A stretch of DNA of 64,000 nucleotides from assembly GCA_963692865.2 (NCBI GenBank), contig OY843592.1:1056001-1120000 (forward strand), written 5' to 3'. The position numbers were made by a program, and so were the translations under genes. The number at the start of each line of letters is the position of its first letter. The stretch's first letter is position 1. This DNA comes from a bacterium (GTDB lineage Bacteria > UBA8248). The notes under the pieces were generated by a model, which saw only the letters and a program-made list of their open reading frames with translations, was not told the origin of the DNA and did no database searches. This document shows, one piece after another, positions 37,373 through 48,074 of the stretch.

Positions 37373-37852
37373 ATGTTAGGCGAGATTTGCAGGGGGTTGT
37401 GGCTGACGATCAAGCATTCCTTCAAAAACCGCGTGACCGTGCAATACCCCGACGTCAAGGAGGAGATGCCGGTGGGCTACCGCGGCCTCCACAAGCTGCT
37501 GCGCTGGGAGGACGGCCTGGAGCGCTGCGTGGGGTGCAAGCTCTGCTCGGCGGCGTGTCCGGTGGACTGCATTTACGTGGAATCGGAGGAGAACGACCCC
37601 GATGCGCCGACTTCCAAGGGCGAGCGCTACGCCAGCGTTTACGAGATCAACGAGCTTCGCTGCATCTTTTGCGGATACTGCGAGGAGGCCTGCCCGGTCG
37701 GCGCGGTCGTGCTGGGCAACGAGTATGAATTCTGCCAGGACGACCGGGGCAAGTTCCTCTACGAGAAGGGCGATTTGCTCGTGAAGCGGACGGAGGATTA
37801 TCCGGAGCTTCACGCCCGCTATGATGAGAAGAACCTGCTCACGTATGTCTAG
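37373..37852 (+). CDS. nuoI: NADH-quinone oxidoreductase subunit I
   Basis: Two ferredoxin motifs: CVGCKLCSAACP and CIFCGYCEEACP. Confidence 0.97.
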   Translation: MLGEICRGLWLTIKHSFKNRVTVQYPDVKEEMPVGYRGLHKLLRWEDGLERCVGCKLCSAACPVDCIYVESEENDPDAPTSKGERYASVYEINELRCIFCGYCEEACPVGAVVLGNEYEFCQDDRGKFLYEKGDLLVKRTEDYPELHARYDEKNLLTYV

Positions 37853-37897
37853 GTTTCGATTTCAGGCGGGCGCCCGCCCGCTGGAGGAAGGGCGGTA

Positions 37898-38416
37898 GTG
37901 GTCGGTTCCCTGTTTTTTTATTTCCTGGCGGCCGTGACGACGGTCGGCGCGGTAGCCGTCGTCGCGTTTCCCAGCCCGCTCTACAGCGTGCTCGCCCTGA
38001 TCCTGACCTTCCTGGGCCTCGCCGGGCTGTATCTCTCGCTTCACGCGCAGTTCGTCGCCATCGTTCAGGTGATCATCTACGCCAGCGCGATCATGATGCT
38101 CTTCCTGTTCGTGGTGATGCTGATCAACCTGGGCCGGGAGGAGAAGCGGGAGTTGCGCCTGCCCGGCCAGAAGCTGCTGGGCGCCATCGCGGGGCTCGCC
38201 GTTTTCAGCGTGCTGCTCAAGATTTTCCTCTCCACCTCCCTCATGACGGGGAAGAAGGGGAGCTTCCCGCCCGAGCGGGTGAGCGAGCTCGGCAACACGC
38301 AGGTGGTCGGAAATCTCTTGTTGACGGATTACGTCCTGCCGTTTCAGGCGATGGGCGTCCTGTTGTTCGTGGGCATCGTCGGCGCCGTGGTATTGGCGCG
38401 GCGGCGAAGCCGCTAG
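37898..38416 (+). CDS. nuoJ: NADH-quinone oxidoreductase subunit J
   Basis: A.FVA.VQVIIY..AI..LFLFVVML motif and position in the operon. Confidence 0.93.
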   Translation: MVGSLFFYFLAAVTTVGAVAVVAFPSPLYSVLALILTFLGLAGLYLSLHAQFVAIVQVIIYASAIMMLFLFVVMLINLGREEKRELRLPGQKLLGAIAGLAVFSVLLKIFLSTSLMTGKKGSFPPERVSELGNTQVVGNLLLTDYVLPFQAMGVLLFVGIVGAVVLARRRSR

Positions 38417-38428
38417 GAGGGGTGGAGC

Positions 38429-38731
38429 GTGGCGCCGCTCGAGCATTACCTGGTTCTGAGCGCGGTTCTCTTTTCCCTGGGGGTCGTGGGCGTCGTGGTG
38501 CGCAGAAACGCCATCGTCGTCATCCTGTGCATCGAGTTGATGATGAACGGGGCGAATCTGGCGTTCGTGGCCTATGGCCGATATCTCGATTCGATGGCGG
38601 GCCAGATGGTCGTGTTCTTCGTGATGGCGGTGGCCGCGGCGGAAGCCGCCATCGGTCTGGCCATCGTGGTGCTGATATACAGAAACCGCGAGTCCACGGA
38701 TCTCGACGAGATCAATCTACTGAAGTTATAG
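38429..38731 (+). CDS. nuoK: NADH-quinone oxidoreductase subunit K
   Basis: RRN, IELM and [11 protein letters not shown] motifs. Confidence 0.95.
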   Translation: MAPLEHYLVLSAVLFSLGVVGVVVRRNAIVVILCIELMMNGANLAFVAYGRYLDSMAGQMVVFFVMAVAAAEAAIGLAIVVLIYRNRESTDLDEINLLKL

Positions 38732-38743
38732 AGCTGAGGAATC

Positions 38744-40648
38744 ATGGATAGTCTGACCCTCATATTGGCGTTCCCCCTCATCGGCGTGCTGGTGAACCTG
38801 CTCTTCGGCTGGAAGCGCGGGGAGAAGTTCGCCGGCTGGACCGCGACGCTTGTGATGGCGCTCGCGTTCGCGGCGTCTCTCGCGGGCTGGCTCCGCCTTC
38901 TGGGGATGCCCGAGAACGGGCGGCTCATCCGCGTCGTCCTGTTCGAGTGGATTCCCGTGGGCGCCTTCGAGGTCAAGGCGAGCTTCTCGCTGGATCCGCT
39001 CTCCGCCGTCATGGCGCTCGTCGTCACCGGCGTCGGGACGCTCATCCACCTCTACTCGATGGGCTACATGCACGGCGACCGAGGCGTGGTGCGCTATTTC
39101 ATCTACCTGAACCTCTTCTCGCTCTCGATGCTCACGCTCGTGCTGGGCGACAACTTCGTGGTCATGTTCGTGGGCTGGGAGGCGGTGGGCCTTTGCAGCT
39201 ACCTGCTCATCGGCTTCTGGTACGAGCGCAAGGCGGCGGCCGAGGCCGGGAAGAAAGCCTTCATCGTGAACCGGGTGGGCGATTTCTGCTTCCTGATTGC
39301 GCTTTTCTACATCTACAGCGTCGTCGGCTCGCTGGATTTCCCGGCCGTGTTCTCGAAGGCCCCTCAGTTGCTCGGCCCCGAGAGCGCCGCGGCGACGATC
39401 ATCTGCCTGCTGCTCTTCGCGGGCGCCACGGGCAAGAGCGCGCAGATTCCGCTCTACGTCTGGCTGCCCGACGCGATGGAAGGCCCCACCCCGGTCAGCG
39501 CCCTGATTCACGCGGCCACCATGGTGACCGCGGGCGTTTACATGGTGGCGAGAGCGCACGCGCTCTTCGAACTCTCCTCCACGGCGATGCTGGTGGTGGC
39601 CGTCATCGGCGCGCTCACGCTGTTGATGGCGGCGTCCATCGCCCTGGTTCAGACCGACATCAAGAAAGTGCTCGCCTACAGCACGGTGAGCCAGTTGGGC
39701 TATATGTTCCTCGCGTGCGGCGTGGGGGCGTTCTCCGCGGCCGTGTTCCACCTCATGACCCATGCGTTCTTCAAGGCGCTCCTGTTCCTGGGCGCGGGAA
39801 GCGTGATACACGCGCTCGACGGCGAGCAGGACATCCGCAGGATGGGCGGACTCCAGGCGTCGCTCCCGCAAACGAGCAGCACCTTCATTATCGGCGCGCT
39901 CGCCATCGCGGGGATATTCCCCTTCGCAGGCTTTTTCAGCAAGGACGCGATTCTCTACGCCGCCATGACGGCGGAGCGCGGCGGCGTTCTCCTTTGGCTC
40001 GCGGGCGCGGCCGGCGCGCTCATGACGGCGTTCTACATGTTCAGACTCCTGTTCCGCGTGTTCTTCGGCGTGTGCAACCTGAGCATCGAGGAACAGCAGA
40101 AAGTCCATGAATCCCCGGCCAACATGACGCTTCCGCTCCAGGCGCTGGCGGCGCTCTCCATCGTCGGGGGCTGGGTGGGGATTCCCATTTTCACCGGCGC
40201 GAACCTTTTCGGCGATTTCCTCGCGCCCGTATTCGGCGGCCATGCCGAGGCGCACCACGAGGTGGTGTTCGAGATTCTGATGATGCTCTTCTCGCTCGCC
40301 GTCGCATTTTTCGGCATCTACGCGGCCTACAATCTGTATGTGCTCAAGCAAGACGGCGGCAGCGCCTACGCGGAACTCTGGCCGGGCGTCCACCGCCTTC
40401 TGCTGAACAAGTATTACGTGGACGAGATGTACGACGCCGTGATCGTCCAGCCCGTGAAGCGGGCGTCGATCTGGTGCTGGAGAGCGTTCGAGGACGGCCT
40501 GGTGGATGCGGCCGTGAACGGGGCGGGCTTTTTCGTGCGCTCGCTGGGCGGCGTGCTGAGGCGTCTCCAGACGGGCTACGTGAAGAGCTACGCCGTTTCG
40601 ATGCTGGTCGGCGCGCTGGTGATTCTGCTGTATCTCACGGCGCGATGA
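38744..40648 (+). CDS. nuoL: NADH-quinone oxidoreductase subunit L
   Basis: GWEAVG, GKSAQIPL..WLPDAMEGPTPVSALIHAATMV and HAFFKALLFL motifs. Confidence 0.97.
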   Translation: MDSLTLILAFPLIGVLVNLLFGWKRGEKFAGWTATLVMALAFAASLAGWLRLLGMPENGRLIRVVLFEWIPVGAFEVKASFSLDPLSAVMALVVTGVGTLIHLYSMGYMHGDRGVVRYFIYLNLFSLSMLTLVLGDNFVVMFVGWEAVGLCSYLLIGFWYERKAAAEAGKKAFIVNRVGDFCFLIALFYIYSVVGSLDFPAVFSKAPQLLGPESAAATIICLLLFAGATGKSAQIPLYVWLPDAMEGPTPVSALIHAATMVTAGVYMVARAHALFELSSTAMLVVAVIGALTLLMAASIALVQTDIKKVLAYSTVSQLGYMFLACGVGAFSAAVFHLMTHAFFKALLFLGAGSVIHALDGEQDIRRMGGLQASLPQTSSTFIIGALAIAGIFPFAGFFSKDAILYAAMTAERGGVLLWLAGAAGALMTAFYMFRLLFRVFFGVCNLSIEEQQKVHESPANMTLPLQALAALSIVGGWVGIPIFTGANLFGDFLAPVFGGHAEAHHEVVFEILMMLFSLAVAFFGIYAAYNLYVLKQDGGSAYAELWPGVHRLLLNKYYVDEMYDAVIVQPVKRASIWCWRAFEDGLVDAAVNGAGFFVRSLGGVLRRLQTGYVKSYAVSMLVGALVILLYLTAR

Positions 40649-40684
40649 TGGTTTTTACGGTTCTTTGAGGAGCGTGAGGGGCGA

Positions 40685-42241
40685 GTGCCTGGAATAATCA
40701 CCTCGATACTGTTTTTGCCCATGCTGGGGGGGCTGCTGCTCCTCCTCGCGCGCGAGGGCGAGGGAAAAGACGGCGGCGGCGTTCGCGCGTTCGCGCTGGC
40801 GGCGTCCCTCGCCACGTTCGCCCTCTCGGTCGTGATGTACCTGGGCTTCCGGCCCGGCGTCGCCGGGATGCAGTTCGTCGAGGAAGCGGCGTGGATCCCC
40901 AGATTCGGGATTTCCTATAAAGTCGGCGTGGACGGCATCAGCCTTCTGCTCGTGATGCTGACCACCATCCTGACGCCCGTGGCGATTCTCTTCTCCTTCG
41001 ACGACGTGCGCAAGAAGACGCGGCTCTACTACATGTCCCTGCTGTTCCTGGAGACGGGGATGCTCGGCGTGTTCTTCGCGCTTGATTTCTTCCTGTTCTA
41101 CGTCTTCTGGGAGGGGATGCTGATTCCGATGTACCTCATCATCGGGGTCTGGGGCGGCGGCAGGCGGATATACGCGGCCGTGAAGTTCTTCCTCTACACC
41201 ATGGCCGGAAGCGTGCTGATGCTCGTGGCTATCATCTGGCTCTATTTCGCGGGCGGGGTCGGCACGTTCGACATCCTCGCGTATTTCCGCGAGCCCGTGG
41301 ACCCCGCGCTCCAGCCGTGGCTGTTCGCCGCGTTCGCCATATCCTTCGCCATCAAGGTGCCGATTTTCCCGTTCCACACCTGGCTGCCCGACGCCCACGT
41401 GGAAGCGCCCACGGCGGGGAGCGTCATCCTCGCGGGCGTCCTGCTGAAGATGGGCACCTACGGCTTCATGAGGCTGGCGATGCCGCTGTTCCCGACGGCG
41501 GCGCGCGAGTTCGCGTTCCTCATCATCTGCCTGGCGCTGGCGGGGATCATCTACGGCGCGCTCATGGCCATGGTGCAGACCGACGTGAAGAAACTCGTGG
41601 CCTACTCCTCGGTGAGCCACCTGGGCTTCGTGATGCTGGGGCTTTTCTCCTTCAACCTGCTGGGGGCTTCGGGGAGCGTGCTGCAGATGGTGAACCACGG
41701 CATCAGCAGCGGGGCGCTCTTCCTGATCGTGGGCTTCATCTATTCGAGGCGGCATACGAGGCAAATCGAGGAGTTCGGGGGGCTTCTTCGCGTGATGCCC
41801 GTCTTCTCGACGTTCTTCATCATCACCGCGCTGAGCAGCATCGGCCTGCCGGGGCTGAACGGCTTCGTGGGCGAGTTCACGATTCTGCTGGGCGCATTCG
41901 AGCGCAACGCCTGGTTCGCGGCCGTCGCGGCCACCGGCGTGGTTCTCTCGGCCGTCTACATGCTCTGGATGCTGCAGCGCGTCCTGTTCGGCGAGGTGAG
42001 CGTGCGGGCGAACCTGGGGCTTGCCGACATGAACAGGCGCGAGTGGCTCGTCATGCTCCCCATGGTGGCCCTCATGTTCTGGATCGGGCTGTACCCCAAG
42101 CCGCTGTTCGAGCGGATCGAGCCTTCGGCCAAGGCCTGGCTCTCGCAGGTGAACCGAAGGGTGCTGCGCGTGGAGAAGGCGCCCGAGCGGGCGACGGGAA
42201 AGAACGCGCTCGCCTACGTTCAAAGACTCGAGGTGAAATAG
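40685..42241 (+). CDS. nuoM: NADH-quinone oxidoreductase subunit M
   Basis: FPFHTWLPDAHVEAPT, LLKMG.YG and AYSSVSH motifs. Confidence 0.97.
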   Translation: MPGIITSILFLPMLGGLLLLLAREGEGKDGGGVRAFALAASLATFALSVVMYLGFRPGVAGMQFVEEAAWIPRFGISYKVGVDGISLLLVMLTTILTPVAILFSFDDVRKKTRLYYMSLLFLETGMLGVFFALDFFLFYVFWEGMLIPMYLIIGVWGGGRRIYAAVKFFLYTMAGSVLMLVAIIWLYFAGGVGTFDILAYFREPVDPALQPWLFAAFAISFAIKVPIFPFHTWLPDAHVEAPTAGSVILAGVLLKMGTYGFMRLAMPLFPTAAREFAFLIICLALAGIIYGALMAMVQTDVKKLVAYSSVSHLGFVMLGLFSFNLLGASGSVLQMVNHGISSGALFLIVGFIYSRRHTRQIEEFGGLLRVMPVFSTFFIITALSSIGLPGLNGFVGEFTILLGAFERNAWFAAVAATGVVLSAVYMLWMLQRVLFGEVSVRANLGLADMNRREWLVMLPMVALMFWIGLYPKPLFERIEPSAKAWLSQVNRRVLRVEKAPERATGKNALAYVQRLEVK

Positions 42242-42242
42242 C

Positions 42243-43721
42243 TTGGAAATCGTTTATCCTGCGATCCATTGGGGATACCTGCTGCCGGTGATCCTGCCCG
42301 TGTGCGGGGCGGTGCTGGTGCTGATGTGGGACGCCTTTCTCTCCAGGGGGGAGCGCTCGGTCATCGTCCTCATCACGCTGCTGACGCTGGCCGCCGCCCT
42401 GGGACTGACGCTCGGCGCGCGCGCGCTGCCGGGTCTGGCCGCCTCGTTCGGCGGCATGTACCTCTTCGACGGGTTCACGCAGTTCCTCTACGTCGTCATC
42501 CTGTTCGCGAGCATATTCGCGGTGCTCATCGCCGCCGCCCAGCGGGAGCTGGACGATACGCCGGCGGGCGAGTACTTCGGCCTCATCCTCTTCGCGACTT
42601 CGGGCATGATGCTCATGGCGGCGACGCGGAACCTGCTGATGATCTTCGTGGGTCTGGAAGTGTTCTCGCTGTCGCTCTACGTGCTGGCGGGCTATCTCCG
42701 CTCGCGCCCCGAGGGCAACGAGGCGTCGCTCAAATACTTTCTGCTCGGTTCGTTCGCCTCGGGGTTTCTGCTCTACGGCATGGCGCTCGTCTACGGCGCG
42801 ACCGGCTCGGTCGATCTGGTCGAGATAGCCGCGCGCCTGCACGAGAATCCCGCCTCGCGCGGCGCCGCCTTCCTGACGGGTCTGGGCTTCATGGTGGTGG
42901 GCCTGGGCTTCAAGGTGGCCGCGGCGCCCTTCTACATGTGGACGCCCGACGTGTACGAGGGCGCGCCCACGGCGGTGACGGCGTTCATGTCCGTGGGTCC
43001 GAAGGCGGCGGCGTTCGCCGCGTTCTTCCGGGTTTTCCTCTCGGCGGGCGACGCCGGCGGAAGCTTCGATTCGGTCTTGTGGGTCATGGCCGTCCTCACG
43101 ATGAGCCTGGCGAACCTCGTCGCCATCTGGCAGACCTGCGTGAAGCGGATGCTCGCCTATTCGAGCATCGCCCACGCGGGCTATCTCATGGTCGCGCTGG
43201 TGGCCTCGCGCGCGAGCGCGGAACTGGCCACGAGCGGTTTCCTGTATTACATGCTCGTCTACGTCTTCATGAACATGGGCGCTTTCTGCGTCCTCATCCT
43301 CATCTCGAACGCGCGCGAGGACGGCGGCACGAAGATCGAGGGTCTCGCGGGTCTGGCCTCATTCCGGCCGGGACTCGCGGCGGCGATGGCCGTTTTCATG
43401 GTCTCGCTCTCGGGGCTTCCGCCCACCGGGGGTTTCGTGGCGAAGTTCCAGGTGTTCAGCGCCGCGCTGAACGGCGGCTACGTCTGGCTGACCGTGATAG
43501 CGGTGCTCAACAGCGTGGTGGCCGTGTATTACTACCTGCGCCTCGTCGTGGTGATGTACATGCGCGAACCCCGGGGCGAAGCAGCGAAGAGCGCGCCGCA
43601 TCCGGGCTGGTCCTATGCGGTCGCGGCGCTCACGCTCGCCGTCGCGAGCACCCTGCAACTGGGGATTTTCCCCTCCTCGGTGCTGGACTTCGCCCATCGA
43701 TCCGCAGTCTTTTTTAATTGA
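42243..43721 (+). CDS. nuoN: NADH-quinone oxidoreductase subunit N
   Basis: EASLKYF, FKVAAAPF..WTPDVYEGAP and KRMLAYSSIAHAGY motifs. Confidence 0.96.
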   Translation: MEIVYPAIHWGYLLPVILPVCGAVLVLMWDAFLSRGERSVIVLITLLTLAAALGLTLGARALPGLAASFGGMYLFDGFTQFLYVVILFASIFAVLIAAAQRELDDTPAGEYFGLILFATSGMMLMAATRNLLMIFVGLEVFSLSLYVLAGYLRSRPEGNEASLKYFLLGSFASGFLLYGMALVYGATGSVDLVEIAARLHENPASRGAAFLTGLGFMVVGLGFKVAAAPFYMWTPDVYEGAPTAVTAFMSVGPKAAAFAAFFRVFLSAGDAGGSFDSVLWVMAVLTMSLANLVAIWQTCVKRMLAYSSIAHAGYLMVALVASRASAELATSGFLYYMLVYVFMNMGAFCVLILISNAREDGGTKIEGLAGLASFRPGLAAAMAVFMVSLSGLPPTGGFVAKFQVFSAALNGGYVWLTVIAVLNSVVAVYYYLRLVVVMYMREPRGEAAKSAPHPGWSYAVAALTLAVASTLQLGIFPSSVLDFAHRSAVFFN

Positions 43722-43731
43722 CCTCCGGGGG

Positions 43732-43761
43732 TTGGTTTTTCGGTTGCCGCCATGATATAAG
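43732..43761 (+). promoter_or_regulatory. Candidate promoter for nuo operon 2
   Basis: TTGGTT-N18-TATAAG with a TG extended -10, in the 171-bp gap between nuoN and the second nuoA. Confidence 0.4.
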
Positions 43762-43892
43762 TCATGGCGGTTCGTTCGATTTCATGCATTTGATCCAGGG
43801 GTTTTCGAGGGGAATCTCCGCCCGGCGGCGACGATGAGGGCGGCCCATTTTCATCATCCCTGGCGGTTTGCGGTTTTTGTGGGGGTCCACGC

Positions 43893-44294
43893 ATGGATGC
43901 GATGGAGGTTCTGGGCGCTTTTTTCAGGGATTATCAGGCCATCAATCCCTACATCCCCATTTTCCTGATCACGCTCATGGCGGCCGCTCTCGCCGGGAGC
44001 ATTCTGATCATCGCGCTGCTCATCCGCCCGAACAACCCCGACCCCGAGAAAAACTCCCCCTATGAGTGCGGCATGCCCCCTCTGATGGAGGCGCACGAGC
44101 GCTTCTCCATCCGGTTCTACCTGCTGGGCATTCTGTTCCTGCTGTTCGACGTGGAGGCGCTGTTCCTCTTCCCCTGGGCGGTTCGCTACGACGCCCTCGG
44201 GCTGTTCGGATTCATCGAGATGATGCTGTTCATCGCCATCTTGCTGGTGGGTTATTTCTACGCTTGGAGAAAAGGAGCGTTGGAGTGGGCATAG
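43893..44294 (+). CDS. nuoA: NADH-quinone oxidoreductase subunit A (copy 2)
   Basis: PYECG, FLLFDVE..FLFPWA and GALEW motifs. Confidence 0.95.
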   Translation: MDAMEVLGAFFRDYQAINPYIPIFLITLMAAALAGSILIIALLIRPNNPDPEKNSPYECGMPPLMEAHERFSIRFYLLGILFLLFDVEALFLFPWAVRYDALGLFGFIEMMLFIAILLVGYFYAWRKGALEWA

Positions 44295-44761
44295 TCGAGG
44301 GCAAGTTCAGCGACAACTTCATCACGTCGAAGGTCGACAGCCTGGTCGCCTGGGCGCGGAAGAGCGCGCTCTGGCCGATGACCTTCGGCCTGGCGTGCTG
44401 CGCCATCGAGATGATGGCCTCGGGCGCCGCGCGCTACGATTTCGACCGTTTCGGCGTGATCTTCCGGGCCACGCCGCGCCAGTCCGACGTGATCATCGTG
44501 GCGGGCACCGTCACCCACAAGATGGGGGACGCGATCCGCAAGGTCTACGACCAGATGCCCGAGCCGCGCTGGGTGATCGCGATGGGCAACTGCGCGACCT
44601 GCGGCGGCCCGTACGCGAACTACGCGGTGATGCAGGGAGTGGATGAAATCATCCCGGTGGACGTCTACGTTCCGGGGTGCCCGCCCAGGCCCGAGTCGTT
44701 GATGTGGGGCGTCATGCAGCTTCAGAAAAAGATTGAACAGGAAAAATACATCCGCAGATAA
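44285..44761 (+). CDS. nuoB: NADH-quinone oxidoreductase subunit B (copy 2)
   Basis: [22 protein letters not shown] and PGCPPRPE motifs; GTG start at 44285. Confidence 0.95.
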   Translation: MGIVEGKFSDNFITSKVDSLVAWARKSALWPMTFGLACCAIEMMASGAARYDFDRFGVIFRATPRQSDVIIVAGTVTHKMGDAIRKVYDQMPEPRWVIAMGNCATCGGPYANYAVMQGVDEIIPVDVYVPGCPPRPESLMWGVMQLQKKIEQEKYIRR

Positions 44762-44788
44762 GAGCCATACGGCGCACAAGGGAAGAAG

Positions 44789-45370
44789 ATGCCCGAAGAA
44801 GTGGTGGAAAACAGCGAGCAGACGAACGGCGAAGCGGAGACCGCCGAGGCCGTGAAGGCCCCGCCCGGCGAGGACTTGAAGGCGGTGGTGGAGGCGGCGT
44901 TTCCGGGCGCGGTGCTTGATCAAAGCGCCTACGAGGACGATGAGGACGAGGCGACGTTCGTCTTAAGCGTCGATTCCATCGTCGAAGTGGCGGCGCATCT
45001 GCGCGATCACGGCGACGCGCTCTTCAAGCTCCTCACCGACTTGACGGCGGCGCACTATCCCGAAGCGGAAGACCCCTTCGAGGTGCTCTACCACCTCTAC
45101 AGCATCGAGCATAACCGCAGGCTGCGCCTCAAGGCGCGGATCAAGGATGGACAGTCCGTGCCCACGGTTTCAGGCGTATGGACCAGCGCGGACTGGATGG
45201 AGCGCGAGGTGTACGACTTGTTCGGGATCGAATTCGAGGATCATCCGGATCTCAGGCGGATTCTTCTGCCCGACAACTGGGGCAGCCATCCCATGCGGAA
45301 GGACTACCCGCTCGAGGGCAGGGGAGAGCGGATTTACACCAAGCCGACGCGCAAGGAAATCGGCGACTAG
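44789..45370 (+). CDS. nuoC: NADH-quinone oxidoreductase subunit C (copy 2)
   Basis: W.EREVYDLFGI.F.DHPDLRRIL and HP.RKDYP motifs. Confidence 0.95.
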   Translation: MPEEVVENSEQTNGEAETAEAVKAPPGEDLKAVVEAAFPGAVLDQSAYEDDEDEATFVLSVDSIVEVAAHLRDHGDALFKLLTDLTAAHYPEAEDPFEVLYHLYSIEHNRRLRLKARIKDGQSVPTVSGVWTSADWMEREVYDLFGIEFEDHPDLRRILLPDNWGSHPMRKDYPLEGRGERIYTKPTRKEIGD

Positions 45371-45399
45371 AGCGGCGCAGCTTTTGAGGGAATGAGGAA

Positions 45400-46542
45400 A
45401 TGGTCGGCGTAGCGAATACCTCTCGTATCGAGCAGCAGAGCACCCTGCACGGGACCGAGGAACTCGTCATCAACATGGGTCCCCAGCACCCGAGCACGCA
45501 CGGGGTGCTGCGGGTGATCCTCAAGCTCGACGGCGAGACGGTGAACGACCTCGACTGCGACATCGGCTACCTGCACCGCGGCACCGAGAAGATCGGCGAG
45601 AACATCACCTACACGATGTTCATCCCCTATACGGACAGGCTCGACTACATCGCCGCCCCCTCGAACAATCTCGCGTGGGTGACGGCGGTGGAGAAGTTCT
45701 TCGACTGGGAGATCCCCATGCGGGCGCAGTACATCCGCTCGATGGTGGGGGAGCTCTCCCGCATCGCCAGCCATCTGCTCTGGCTCGCCACGCACGCCCT
45801 CGACATCGGGGCGATGACGGTGTTCCTGTGGTGCTTCAGGGAGCGCGAGATGGTGCTCGATCTCTTCGAGACGGCCTTCGGCGGCCGCCTGACGGTGAAC
45901 GCCTTCCGCCTGGGCGGCCTGCACGAGGACGTGCCGGACAAGTTCCTGCAGCTCACGCAGGAGTTCGTGGACATCTTCCCGAGCCGGGTCGACGACTACG
46001 AGACGCTGCTCACCAACAACCGCATCTGGCTGCAGAGAACGCGCGACGTGGGCATCATCTCGGCGGAAGACGCGATGGACTTGGGTCTCACGGGCCCCAT
46101 CATCCGGGGCAGCGGCGTGCGCTGGGACTTGAGGCGCGCCAAGCCCTACGCGGCGTACCCCTATCTCGATTTCGTCGTGCCCGTCGGCGAGAACGGCGAC
46201 ATCTACGACCGCTACCTGGTGCGGGTCGAGGAGCTTCGCCAGAGCACCCGCATCATCCAGCAGTGCCTGGAGCAGCTTCCCGGCGGGCCGGTGAGCTGCA
46301 AGACGCCCCGGACCATCAAGCCGCCCGAGGGCGAGATATACCACAGCATCGAAAACCCCAAGGGCGAGTTCGGCTTCTACATCGTGAGCGACGGGACGAC
46401 GACGCCCTACCGCGTCCGCATCCGGCCGCCCTCGTTCATCAACCTGGGCGGGCTCAAGAAGCTGTGCGTGGGGCAGTTGGTCGCGGACGTGGTGGCCATC
46501 ATCGGAAGCATCGACATCGTGTTGGGCGAGTGTGATCGGTAA
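45400..46542 (+). CDS. nuoD: NADH-quinone oxidoreductase subunit D (copy 2, shorter form)
   Basis: NMGPQHPSTHGVLR, DRLDY, ENPKGE and DIVLGECDR motifs. Confidence 0.95.
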   Translation: MVGVANTSRIEQQSTLHGTEELVINMGPQHPSTHGVLRVILKLDGETVNDLDCDIGYLHRGTEKIGENITYTMFIPYTDRLDYIAAPSNNLAWVTAVEKFFDWEIPMRAQYIRSMVGELSRIASHLLWLATHALDIGAMTVFLWCFREREMVLDLFETAFGGRLTVNAFRLGGLHEDVPDKFLQLTQEFVDIFPSRVDDYETLLTNNRIWLQRTRDVGIISAEDAMDLGLTGPIIRGSGVRWDLRRAKPYAAYPYLDFVVPVGENGDIYDRYLVRVEELRQSTRIIQQCLEQLPGGPVSCKTPRTIKPPEGEIYHSIENPKGEFGFYIVSDGTTTPYRVRIRPPSFINLGGLKKLCVGQLVADVVAIIGSIDIVLGECDR

Positions 46543-46554
46543 GGAGTAGCTTCG

Positions 46555-47526
46555 TTGGACATGGCGCTTGAAGTCGCGGTCGCCGCGATAAAGATATTCA
46601 TCGTGGTCAACGTGGTGCAGCTCGTGGTGGCGTATATGATCTACGTCGAGCGGAAGGTCATCGCCCACGCCCAGTTGCGCCTGGGACCCATGCGCGTGGG
46701 CTGGCACGGGCTCCTGCAGCCCATCGCGGACGGGCTGAAGCTCTTCTTCAAGGAAGACATCATCCCCGACAAGGCGGATCGCATCGTGTTCGTGCTCGCG
46801 CCCGTGATGGTGCTGGTGCCCGCCCTGGTCGTCTACTCGGTGCTGCCCTTCAGCGCGACGTTCTACATCACGCAGATCAACATCGGGCTGTTCTTCGTTC
46901 TGGCGGTGAGTTCGCTCGGCGTGTTCGGCGTGGTGATGGCGGGCTGGGCCTCGAACAGCAAATACTCGCTTCTGGGCGCGCTGAGGAGCGCGGCGCAGAT
47001 GCTGAGCTACGAGATTTTCCTGGGCTTCTCCGTCATCGGACCGCTGATGCTCGCTGGCTCCCTGAACTTGCAGGAGATCGTGCACGCGCAGAGCGACGTG
47101 TGGTTCGTGTTCTACCAGCCCGTGGCGTTCATCGTGTTCTTCGTCGCGGCGCTCGCGGAGACGAACCGCGCGCCCTTCGATCTGCCCGAGGCGGAGACCG
47201 AGCTCGTGGCGGGCTTTCACACCGAATACAGCGGGATGAAGTTCGCGTTCTTCTTCCTGGCGGAATACGCCAGCATGATGGTCATATCCACGATAGGCAT
47301 CGTGCTCTTTTTCGGCGGATGGGACGGGCCGGATTTCATTCCGCTCCCCGGCTTCGTCTGGTACTGCCTCAAGCTGGGCGCCTTGATGTTCGTGTTCATC
47401 TGGCTGCGGGCGACGCTGCCGCGCTACCGCTACGATCAGCTCATGCGCGTGGGCTGGAAGTTCATGTTCCCGCTCGTGATGCTCAACATTTTCCTGACCG
47501 GATTCATCAAGTACCTGTTCTTGTAA
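46555..47526 (+). CDS. nuoH: NADH-quinone oxidoreductase subunit H (copy 2)
   Basis: GLLQPIADGLKL, ETNRAPFDLPEAE and PRYRYDQLM motifs. Confidence 0.95.
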   Translation: MDMALEVAVAAIKIFIVVNVVQLVVAYMIYVERKVIAHAQLRLGPMRVGWHGLLQPIADGLKLFFKEDIIPDKADRIVFVLAPVMVLVPALVVYSVLPFSATFYITQINIGLFFVLAVSSLGVFGVVMAGWASNSKYSLLGALRSAAQMLSYEIFLGFSVIGPLMLAGSLNLQEIVHAQSDVWFVFYQPVAFIVFFVAALAETNRAPFDLPEAETELVAGFHTEYSGMKFAFFFLAEYASMMVISTIGIVLFFGGWDGPDFIPLPGFVWYCLKLGALMFVFIWLRATLPRYRYDQLMRVGWKFMFPLVMLNIFLTGFIKYLFL

Positions 47527-47545
47527 CTCGCGGGAGAGACGCAGG

Positions 47546-48055
47546 GTGGAGCTATATTTCTTTTATATGTTCGCGGGCGGGATGATAATCACATCCTTGC
47601 TGATGATCACGCGCGCGAACGTGATTCACGCGGCCCTGCTGCTGGTGCTGACGTTCTTCCAGCTGTCGGGCGTATTCGTGCTGGCGGGGGCGGAGTTCCT
47701 GGCGGCGGTGCAGATTCTGCTCTACGCGGGCGGCATCATGGTGCTCTACCTGTTTTCGATCATGCTGATGAACGTGGAGGTGGCCGTGCGGATGCGGCAA
47801 TGGCACCGCCAGGGCGTCGTGGTGTTCGTGGCGGCCATGCTTCTGGGCCTCGAAATCTGGGCCGTGCTGGGGGAGGTGGAGTTCGCGGCGCCCAGGCAGT
47901 GGGAGTGGTCGCTGGGCGCCACGCCGGGCAACGTCGAGGCCCTGGGCGCGGTCCTGTACACGAAATTCCTGTTCCCCTTCGAGGTGGCCTCCATCCTCCT
48001 GCTGGCCGCGATGATCGGCGCCATCGTCCTGGCGAAGCGCAGGATAGAGAGATAG
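47546..48055 (+). CDS. nuoJ: NADH-quinone oxidoreductase subunit J (copy 2)
   Basis: [19 protein letters not shown] and PFE..SILLL.AMIGA motifs. Confidence 0.94.
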   Translation: MELYFFYMFAGGMIITSLLMITRANVIHAALLLVLTFFQLSGVFVLAGAEFLAAVQILLYAGGIMVLYLFSIMLMNVEVAVRMRQWHRQGVVVFVAAMLLGLEIWAVLGEVEFAAPRQWEWSLGATPGNVEALGAVLYTKFLFPFEVASILLLAAMIGAIVLAKRRIER

Positions 48056-48074
48056 AGGGGAGAGAGAACCCGCG

